Of a stretch of 64,000 bases of DNA, positions 53,996 to 61,954 are shown piece by piece. The notes beneath the pieces are model-generated. The model did no database searches. It was given only the letters and a program-made list of their open reading frames with translations, and had not been told where the DNA came from. The DNA lies in IMG/VR virus record IMGVR_UViG_2937877337_000001, positions 9,026 to 73,025 of that record. One strand, written 5' to 3'. Made by a program: the position numbers and the translations under genes. The stretch's first letter is position 1, and every line of letters begins with the position of its first letter. Origin of the DNA: a virus.

Positions 53996-54448
53996 TTACG
54001 GGGCCGCCACGGTCGAGCCGAAAAGAACTTCGCGCACGACGATGGAGGACGGGGTGGGAGCGCCAGCGAACGCGTTGAACTTCTTCGCGTCGGTGTCGAA
54101 GCTGACCGGCCAGTTCAGCATATGCTTGGCCAGGCAGCCGCTGCGCAGGACCGGGATGCCGGGGTTCTGACCGTTCGGAATCACGATCTTGAAAAGCGTG
54201 ATGCCGATGGCCTTGATGCTGTTGGCCGGCGTGACGGTATCCAGCAGCGCCGGGACCAGGTTGCCTGAACCGTCGAGGCCGACAGGGGTGAAGGCTTCCA
54301 GGGTCTGGTTGGCTGCGGCCTGCAAGTCCTGAACGACCACGGCCGGCGTCTCGCCGACGATGAGTCCTTCCAGGACGGGGTTGATGCTGTCGGTCCACTG
54401 CGACGGGAAACCAGCGGTGGGACCGAGCCTCGGAAGATTGACAGTCAT
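53996..54448 (-). CDS. head decoration protein, gpD-like
   Basis: 150 aa. Between protease/scaffold and capsid genes. Confidence 0.65.
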   Translation of the reverse strand: MTVNLPRLGPTAGFPSQWTDSINPVLEGLIVGETPAVVVQDLQAAANQTLEAFTPVGLDGSGNLVPALLDTVTPANSIKAIGITLFKIVIPNGQNPGIPVLRSGCLAKHMLNWPVSFDTDAKKFNAFAGAPTPSSIVVREVLFGSTVAAP

Positions 54449-54487
54449 TTCGACTTCTCCTTGCGTCTACGGTTGAGCCTTGGGCCG

Positions 54488-55731
54488 TTAGCCCTTGACC
54501 ATTGCGAGCGTCTTTGCGGCGCGGCTCATTTCCGTTTTGTCGGTTTCGGCGTTGGCGTCGGACTCGATGCCGGCGCCTTGGCCGCGCATGGCGTCACGCA
54601 GCATTCCTTCCGGTGCGCCTGCCGTGGGCTTGGACTCTTCGCCCAAGGTGGCGAGGAACGCGCCCGCTTCGTCAGCGGACATGCTGGTCTTGAGGGCGGC
54701 GTTGAGCGCGGCGGTCGGCCGAGTTTTGCCGGCGTCGGAGCCGAGGATCGCGCTGATGCGAGCCATTGCTTCAGCCGCGCCCTGCTTGATGCCTTCCGCG
54801 AGACCTTCGGCCTTACCGGCTGCCTTGGAATTGTCGAGGTCGACCTGGGTGAGTTCGGCCATTTGTTCATCTCCTTCTGAGAGTGTGGCCCCAAAGGCCG
54901 TGATAGCGTCGTCAAGGGCTCCGATTTCATCTGCCAAGCCGTTGTCGATCGCCTGTTGAGCCATGAAGGTGCGCGCGCCGGTCGCGTTGACCGCCTCGAC
55001 ACTCATGTCCCGGTTTCTCGCCACCGAAGCGGCGAATTGCTCGTGGAATGCATCCACGCGCTCCTGAATCCGCTCGCGCGCCCCCTCGGACAGTTTCTCG
55101 TAGGGGTTGCCCTCCATCTTGTCGGGCTGCGAGCGGATGATGTTGACCGTGATGCCCGCTTCTTCGAGCATCTTGGAATATTCGACGGCGACCACGACGA
55201 CGCCGATGGAGCCGACGCCACCAGTGCGGGCGACCGTGATATGATCACTCGCGGAAATGATGTTGTAGGCGGCCGAGTAGGCGTGTTCTGCGGCGAAGCC
55301 ACGGATCGGCTTCTTGCCTCGGAACGCGTAAATCTTGTCCACCAGGTCGAAGTTGCCCGAGACCATGCCGCCGCCAGAGTTCACGACCAGGGCGATGCCC
55401 TTGACGTTGGTGTCCTCGACGCCGCGCTTGATGGCCTGGTAGATATACTCGTAACCGGTCGCCCACGCCCCGTATGCGTAGGGGAAGTCGTTCAGCAGAA
55501 GGCCCTTCACCGGCACGTGGAGGATGCCGTTCTTCACGACGTAAGGGCGAAGGTATGAGCGCCAGTCGTCGCTCGCATACCAGAAGTTGTCATCTGCCTT
55601 TTCAGCACCGGCCTTCTCGATGACGCCCATGCGCTCGCCGAAAGCGCTCAACAGCGTCTGCAGCCAAGCGCCCTGCCCCTCGTCGATGAGTGCGGGCTGA
55701 TCCTGGAATTGTGCGATGATAGGGTTCACTG
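54488..55731 (-). CDS. S49-family (ClpP-like) prohead protease fused to scaffold region (lambda gpC/Nu3-like)
   Basis: GTG at 55731 with GGAGG ribosome-binding site, overlapping the portal stop (GTGA). ALVVNSGGGMVSG...HAYSAAYNIISA serine-protease core. Ala/Glu-rich C-terminus. Confidence 0.75.
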
Positions 55732-57405
55732 CTTGCCTCCATCGCTTGGCGTGGCCGTAAGCGCGTTCTGCATGTCTTTGCTGTTCTGGTCGTAGATCGA
55801 CGGATTGCCGTAGGACTCGTCGAGCTTGCGCTCGCGGGCGATCTGGCGAGCGGTCTTGCGCCAGTCGCCGCCTGACATTTTGGCGATCTCGATTTCCTTG
55901 GTGGAAAGGCCGTTCACGATCTTGAGGACCGCAGCCTGCGTTTCCTTCAACGGATCGATCTGACCTTGGCCGGCGCCGATCCACTCGCACGCGCTGAACG
56001 CCTCGGCGTTGAGTCCGTCATAGAAACGCGGCACGTCGCGGCGCTTGAAGCACTCAAGTTCGTTGTAGTTGATCGCTTCCTCAAGCCAGAGGCGATAGAC
56101 GAAGTTCGCCACCTTGTCGGCGACGGCTCGCTTGATCGCCATCATGGTCTTCAAGGTCTCGCCGAGCGATGCTCGGGCCGACGAATAGTTTGTCTGCGTG
56201 TAGTCGCGCGACAACTGCTCGTAGGAAACGCCAAGCGCAGCCGCGATGTAGCGCAGCAAGCTCTGCTCGAACTTGTCGCCGGCCGGGCTGTTCGCACCGG
56301 GGTTCTGGATTTTGAGTTTGGTGCCAGGTGCAAAGATCGGAATCTTCGCGCCATCCATGTGCAGGTTCTTGGCGCCGCTGGCGTACTCGGAAATCGTATT
56401 TAGGTACGCGTTCATCCAGGTCGTCGTTGCGTTGCCGTCCCCGGCACCAGCGCCGAGGGCTGCCGACACGTCCTGCGGAATCTCTGACTCGATCGACGCG
56501 GCATAGGTCGCTGCAACGACGGCTCGTTCCAGTTCCGTCTTGCGGAAGTGCTTGGTCATCCGCATTTCGCTGAGCGCGGACACCATTGCCGCCACGCCGC
56601 GCGTCTGATCGGGACGCAGTTCCTCGAAGACGTGGTTGATGATCATCCGGCCCCACGACTTGCGGGCAGGAATGCGCTTCCATGTCGGCGTCACGATCAA
56701 ATTCGAGCGATAGTCGCTCGGATGCGCGTTGCGAATGTAATAGGCGATCGGTGCGCCGAAGGTATCGGACTCGACACCCTTGCGGAGTCGGCTGCCCTTG
56801 TACGGCGTAAAAATGCGGTCGCGCGGGTCGGACAGCCGAGCCGGATCGATCATCTGCACGGCGCTTGCGAACGGTCGGCCATCGTCGAACCATTCGGCCG
56901 ACTGCAACACTTCGCCGCTCATCAGATGCACACCAACCGCGAGACGAACGATATCGGTCAGGGTCTTGGTGCGCCTGGCATCGGGCCAGCACTGATCGCT
57001 CTCAGCCCACAGCGTGAACTTGGTCTCGATTTCTTCCTGCGCCTCGGCTTCCCACTTCTCGTCATCCTTGCCGAACAGGACTTTGGTTTCCGGCTTGGCG
57101 TTCAGAAGAAAACGGGTGCCGACGATCGAGTCCTTGCGGATTGTCGCGCCGCCAGACACGTAGGCGTCGTTGCGCACCGTATCGAGCGCACGGGCATCCA
57201 GGTCGTCCTTGAGCGGGAGCAGATCGGCATCAGCCGAACGCAGCGCGGGCTGCCAGCCTGCGAGCCGGTTCAGCTTGTCGGCGCCGTCATAGGCGACACC
57301 GCCCGCTGCCACCGCCGAGGCAACGGGCGGCTGCACTACCTGGATCGCCGGGGAGACACCGGCATCCGATCCAAGCAGGTCCGAGAGATCGAGGTTGCCG
57401 CTCAT
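55726..57405 (-). CDS. portal protein, lambda gpB-like; N-terminus MSGNLDLSDLLGSD
   Basis: About 560 aa. Trimmed to the Met immediately after the gpW stop. Confidence 0.75.
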   Translation of the reverse strand: MSGNLDLSDLLGSDAGVSPAIQVVQPPVASAVAAGGVAYDGADKLNRLAGWQPALRSADADLLPLKDDLDARALDTVRNDAYVSGGATIRKDSIVGTRFLLNAKPETKVLFGKDDEKWEAEAQEEIETKFTLWAESDQCWPDARRTKTLTDIVRLAVGVHLMSGEVLQSAEWFDDGRPFASAVQMIDPARLSDPRDRIFTPYKGSRLRKGVESDTFGAPIAYYIRNAHPSDYRSNLIVTPTWKRIPARKSWGRMIINHVFEELRPDQTRGVAAMVSALSEMRMTKHFRKTELERAVVAATYAASIESEIPQDVSAALGAGAGDGNATTTWMNAYLNTISEYASGAKNLHMDGAKIPIFAPGTKLKIQNPGANSPAGDKFEQSLLRYIAAALGVSYEQLSRDYTQTNYSSARASLGETLKTMMAIKRAVADKVANFVYRLWLEEAINYNELECFKRRDVPRFYDGLNAEAFSACEWIGAGQGQIDPLKETQAAVLKIVNGLSTKEIEIAKMSGGDWRKTARQIARERKLDESYGNPSIYDQNSKDMQNALTATPSDGGKQ

Positions 57406-57617
57406 CCCCACACCGGCCTCAACGGACGCGTCGGGCCGGTGCAGCCTGCGACTTCCTGTTCGAGTTCGCGGATATAGGCTTTCAAACGGCTGGCGTTGGC
57501 TGGCGTGTAGCGAACCGATTCGCCATTGGCGTCGCGCACTTCCACCGCCGACGTGCCGGTTTGCAGTCGGTGGTAGGCGGTCTTGGCTTCGGCAAGAAGG
57601 TCGGCGGTGGTCGCCAT
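57402..57617 (-). CDS. head-tail joining protein, gpW-like
   Basis: 71 aa between TerL and portal. Confidence 0.55.
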   Translation of the reverse strand: MATTADLLAEAKTAYHRLQTGTSAVEVRDANGESVRYTPANASRLKAYIRELEQEVAGCTGPTRPLRPVWG

Positions 57618-57629
57618 CGGTCATCCAGC

Positions 57630-57666
57630 GTGAATTTCACGTATAGATACCGTAAACGTGAAACTA
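57630..57666. promoter_or_regulatory. motif TTTCACGTatagataccgtaaACGTGAAa between TerL and gpW genes
   Basis: Inside the late operon. Confidence 0.5.
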
Positions 57667-57705
57667 AAGCAATATAGAATTGATTTTCAATAATATAGTG
57701 AAATT

Positions 57706-59889
57706 CTAGGCGAGCTTGGCCGCGAGGTCTGCGAATGTCATTTCACCCTTCTTTGCCGTGGTTGGCTGAGCCACTGCCTCGCCGCCGAACACGAGATCGT
57801 TCTCATCCCACGGCGCAGCCCATCCGGGCGGCTCGTCGTAGTTCAGCCGATCGATGTTGAAGGTGACATAAGGCACCGTATTTTCCAGCGGCCGGATCGC
57901 CAGGCCGAGCGCATAGTACGCCAAGTCGAACGCTTCGTTGCGGCGCTTGCGCGGGTTTTCCCAGCCCTTCTCAGTCCGTATTTCCGTGGTCATCTGGTTG
58001 TAGAACCATTCGGGCATCCAGTCGGGGAATCGCAACATGCCGCCAACGGTGTCATCAGCGCCGGTATCCTCGACGCGGCGCGCCAGCATGACCGAGAGGC
58101 GATCCTTCATCAGGTTCGAATTGAGCAGGATCACCGGCACGTCGCCCTTGGCGATGGCGAGTTTTCCCTTCTGGCTGGAATCCGGCCAGGTGGTGCTCGC
58201 GTGCGGCTTGGTCTTCGACGGTTCACCCTTGATCAAACAGAACCGACGATGCAACCCGTCTCCCTGCTGCCGCAGCCGGCGCCAGAAATTATAGGCGTGA
58301 CCCGTGACACCCTCGGCGCCGCCCGAGTCACTTCCGGTCGCCCGGATACGCATTCGCCGGCCGCTGCCGTCCGCCAATGGGTAGGTTTTCAGGATGACCT
58401 GTTCTTTCAGTACATCCCAATCCTCGGCGAACGCGGCCGGGTCAATTGGCAGTTTCTCGCCAGCGCCGTTGAGACGATCCGACAGACGCACCTTGAAGCC
58501 GTCGATCACCACCATGTCGCCGGTCGCAGTGAAGCCGTGCACCTGGACGACAAACGCGGACTTCTGCACGTCAACCGTGGCAATCGCAAAACGAACGCCG
58601 TGCGGCACCGATGGTTCGTCCTCGGTCGATCCCCAGTCCTCGGCATTGGTCTTCAGGTCTTCCGGCGACCGCTCGGACAGGCGCGACGCGGGAATGTAAT
58701 AGGAGCCCTGGTCAGTCGTGACCGTTTTGCGCAGCGGCGCGTCGTCGCCAGTGTCGGCCAGCGCCTTGATCGCCCGCAGATGCTTTTCGACCAGTTGGCC
58801 CCAATCCTGATAGGCCGCAGCCGGCCCCTTCATCCAGAATGACGCGATGCTCGACCGCGCTGCCTTCATGCCGTTGCGCTCGACGATCTTCTGCTCGGCA
58901 GGCAGCCAGATCAGGCCGTCCTTCACCCAGCGTCCACCCTCGTTGAGTTCGTCCTTCATCTGAGGCTCAAGCACGCCGCCGCACTGGTACGTCGGACAGA
59001 GCATGTATGTCTGCTCGCGCGCCTCCATGATGTCCTCGCTATCGGGATAGCGAAGCAGCTTGAAGTCGGGTTCGAACGCCTCATTGCAATGCGGGCACGA
59101 CCAATACCAGCGGCGCCGGTCGCCACGGTTGTACAGTTCGAAAATGCCTCGGATCGGCGGCGCCTCGTGCGGGGTGCTTGGCGACCACTTTGGATCAGTG
59201 ATCTCCTTGTTCGGGTTTGGCGATGCCTCCGCGAAGGTCATGCCGAATCGCTTGAACGTCGTCGTTCGCATCTGCGCCAAGTCAAAGGGGTTGCCTTCGC
59301 CGTCTACGTTGTCGTCCATGCGCTCGTAGTCGATCAAGCCGACGCGCGGCATGGTGATGCCGGACAGGTTGCTGGCCGTTGGATAGGTCAACAGCAAGCG
59401 CATCCCCGAATCGAATTCCTTGTCGAAGGTGTTGTCGTCCTTGCGGTGTTTAAGCTGGTGCTCGCGGACAGATGTCGATGCCTGCAAATAGCGCTCAAGA
59501 TCGCCCTTCGACCACTTGCGCGCGTTCTCGCGATCCATGTGCACGAGCATCATGTCGGCCGGATCGGTCATGACAGTGTGCGATGTCCAATTCAGATGGA
59601 TCATCGTCTTGCCCGTTCGAGCGGGACCGATGAAAACGCAGCCCTGAAAGTCGAGGCTGGTCAGTTCGTCCTGCGGCTCTTGAATGTAGGGCGTGCGCTT
59701 GCGAGACCACTTGACGCTGTGACCGCCGCCGCTTCCGATGCGGGTGTATTCCTCCGCAGCCTCGGTGACGCTCATGCGCTTTTGCGGCTGCAAGGTCTCG
59801 AAGCCGCGAGCAACGATGCTCTCTATGGTCTGATGCTTCGCTTCAGCTATCAGTTCCGCCACTGATGGCGGTCGCATTCTCGCGGTCAT
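57706..59889 (-). CDS. terminase large subunit, GpA family
   Basis: 727 aa. Walker A FIGPARTGKT. Cys cluster CPHCNEAF. Lambda-like arrangement, so cos-type packaging is likely. Confidence 0.8.
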   Translation of the reverse strand: MTARMRPPSVAELIAEAKHQTIESIVARGFETLQPQKRMSVTEAAEEYTRIGSGGGHSVKWSRKRTPYIQEPQDELTSLDFQGCVFIGPARTGKTMIHLNWTSHTVMTDPADMMLVHMDRENARKWSKGDLERYLQASTSVREHQLKHRKDDNTFDKEFDSGMRLLLTYPTASNLSGITMPRVGLIDYERMDDNVDGEGNPFDLAQMRTTTFKRFGMTFAEASPNPNKEITDPKWSPSTPHEAPPIRGIFELYNRGDRRRWYWSCPHCNEAFEPDFKLLRYPDSEDIMEAREQTYMLCPTYQCGGVLEPQMKDELNEGGRWVKDGLIWLPAEQKIVERNGMKAARSSIASFWMKGPAAAYQDWGQLVEKHLRAIKALADTGDDAPLRKTVTTDQGSYYIPASRLSERSPEDLKTNAEDWGSTEDEPSVPHGVRFAIATVDVQKSAFVVQVHGFTATGDMVVIDGFKVRLSDRLNGAGEKLPIDPAAFAEDWDVLKEQVILKTYPLADGSGRRMRIRATGSDSGGAEGVTGHAYNFWRRLRQQGDGLHRRFCLIKGEPSKTKPHASTTWPDSSQKGKLAIAKGDVPVILLNSNLMKDRLSVMLARRVEDTGADDTVGGMLRFPDWMPEWFYNQMTTEIRTEKGWENPRKRRNEAFDLAYYALGLAIRPLENTVPYVTFNIDRLNYDEPPGWAAPWDENDLVFGGEAVAQPTTAKKGEMTFADLAAKLA

Positions 59890-60608
59890 TCGTCACCAGG
59901 GATCATCGTGGGCCGCGTGTCGGTGTCGGCCAGTTCCTTCTCGATCTCGCGAGAATGCGCGTTGGTCTGAAATTCGCGCGGGAAGTCTTCGAGCTTCGTC
60001 TTGATCTGCGCGTTCATGTCGGCCACGCGATCGACGAGGAAGTTGTACTGCTCGTCGCTCAGCTTCTCACGGCCGGGCATATCCTCGATCCACATCTTGC
60101 TCTCGTGCCGGATCAGCATCGAGACGCGGGCGAAGGTCATCAGCACATCTTCATCGTGCCAAAGCTGGCCGGCCGCCGTGAGCGCCCGGATGCGGGCGTT
60201 GGTCATCTCCCAATATGCCTTGGAAACGATTGGCGGAAGCGACGCCTGGTTCTGCTGCGCCAGCCAGTCTTCGATGCTGCCCTGTGGCGCGATCAGATAC
60301 GACATTGCCGTGAGGAAATCGTACATCGGCTGCTGCTTGCCGCCGTGAGTTGTCCAGTCTTCGACGGGACAGCGTTCGAGCCGCTTCTGAATTTGCTTGG
60401 GATAGGCGCCGAGAATGTTGGCGAAGAAGGTCACACCCTGCGGGCGACGGAATTCCGTGTAGTGAGGCAGCTTCTTCGCAGCCTGCTCCTGCAGCCGGCG
60501 CGCTGCTTCTTCCTTGGTCGGTCGGCCGCGCCTGGGGCGACCCGCATCAGGATTGTATGCCGGCTCGTCGTCGCCGAGCAGGTCGGAGAAGTCGTTGTCT
60601 TCGATCAT
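59886..60608 (-). CDS. terminase small subunit (putative); N-terminus MIEDNDFSDLLGDDE
   Basis: Trimmed to the ATG at 60608. Immediately upstream of TerL (ATGA-coupled). Basic DNA-binding-like N-terminal region. Confidence 0.5.
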   Translation of the reverse strand: MIEDNDFSDLLGDDEPAYNPDAGRPRRGRPTKEEAARRLQEQAAKKLPHYTEFRRPQGVTFFANILGAYPKQIQKRLERCPVEDWTTHGGKQQPMYDFLTAMSYLIAPQGSIEDWLAQQNQASLPPIVSKAYWEMTNARIRALTAAGQLWHDEDVLMTFARVSMLIRHESKMWIEDMPGREKLSDEQYNFLVDRVADMNAQIKTKLEDFPREFQTNAHSREIEKELADTDTRPTMIPGDE

Positions 60609-60764
60609 CCGTCGTCCCTGTCCAACTCGTCGAGGAACGGGCTCCGCTCCACCGCGCCGCCGCTGCCGCAAAGATCAGGGTGCCAGCGGCGCCCGTATGG
60701 CCCTTTCTCAGGAAGCCATTTCTTCCGTTGCGGCTGTTCCCGCTTGGGCTGCGGTTCGGATTTG

Positions 60765-60947
60765 TCAGCCACCGAAGACCGCCTTCTGATAAGCAATGAC
60801 TTCGCTGGCCCGCCACACCGAAACCTTGTGCGATCTCCGCGTCTGCCTCGGGAATTTGCCGGCCTTGATCTGGCGATAGATTTCGCTTCGAGAGAGCCCG
60901 GTGATCGCGATGACCTGCGGGAGTCGAAAGCTTTGGTCGATGTCCAT
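60765..60947 (-). CDS. AlpA-family HTH regulator/excisionase-like protein (60 aa)
   Basis: LPQVIAITGLSRSEIYRQIKAGKFPRQTRRSHKVSVWRASEV matches the AlpA/Phage_AlpA fold. Confidence 0.55.
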   Translation of the reverse strand: MDIDQSFRLPQVIAITGLSRSEIYRQIKAGKFPRQTRRSHKVSVWRASEVIAYQKAVFGG

Positions 60948-61027
60948 TTCACGTCTCCAAGTGCTGCTATCTTGATAGTCACTTTTAACGTGACAATCAA
61001 GCAGAAACACGATAAACGTGAAACATC
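60947..61027. promoter_or_regulatory. cluster of at least 3 motif copies (TTTCACGTct..., gTCACTTttaACGTGAca, aCACGAtaaACGTGAAa) upstream of the AlpA-like gene
   Basis: Read directly. Confidence 0.5.
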
Positions 61028-61268
61028 AGGTCGGACGCTGAACCCGAAACGATGGAGAGTTCGTACCGCCAGGGGCGGGGTGAGCGTCAGTCCCGCATTG
61101 CGATTGTTAAGGAGGCGACCATGACTTAGGCGGCTAAAACCGCCCTCAACCTGAATTTTTCGATTGTGAAAAGGTCGTCCGAGTCAGAACCGGGCGGCCT
61201 TTTTGCTATGTGTCGGTCTCAAGCCTATATACGTGGAGTCTTTCCACGGTCGAGCAGGCACAGGCAGT

Positions 61269-61655
61269 ATGGCAATTATCTACGAGCGCGGCACACGGGC
61301 CAATTTCACACCGACGAATATGGACAACGTGGACGGAACCAGGGCATTCCTGTCGCACTATAACAATTACCTGTTTTTGAAATTCGTAGCCAACAACCCG
61401 GAATCGACCCTGAGCGAAAAACTCGACGCCGAGGGCGAACTGCTGATTTGCGAGAAGAAGCTGGAATTTTGGGAGAAGCACCCCAAGTTCGTCCTGTCCG
61501 CCGCGCTGAACCAGATCAAGACCTTGAAGTCCCACTACCGCATGGATTTCGGCGATCTGAAATACCCTACCTTGGCCCCCCGTGGCGTTGAGAAGGGCAA
61601 GACGCCGTTCGTGGAATTCCGCTCTGGCGAAAGCCGGCGTGCTCGTAAGAGGTAG
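61269..61655 (+). CDS. hypothetical protein (128 aa), low-GC moron
   Basis: Trimmed to MAIIYERG. GC clearly below the genome average. Confidence 0.45.
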   Translation: MAIIYERGTRANFTPTNMDNVDGTRAFLSHYNNYLFLKFVANNPESTLSEKLDAEGELLICEKKLEFWEKHPKFVLSAALNQIKTLKSHYRMDFGDLKYPTLAPRGVEKGKTPFVEFRSGESRRARKR

Positions 61656-61954
61656 CGGAAATCGAACCTATTGCATTTGCTTTGTGGACTCATTTTTTCA
61701 AAAATGCGGACTGCTTCCTTATAACCTATTGATTTTATTGACGATGTAAGTCCCTCTCCCGCTACCACTTCAAACCCACTATCGCACGCAATGTTTGTAT
61801 TGCGGCGGCCGATTGATGCGGCCCTCTTTTCGGCATGCGGGGTCGCTGGGTGGAGAGCCACGGTCGAGGGCGGCCCAAGATCGCAGGCGCCGCCCACATC
61901 CCGGCATGTTTTCGGCAGAGCGCAAAATGGCCGGTACAACCGGCCCATCCTCGA

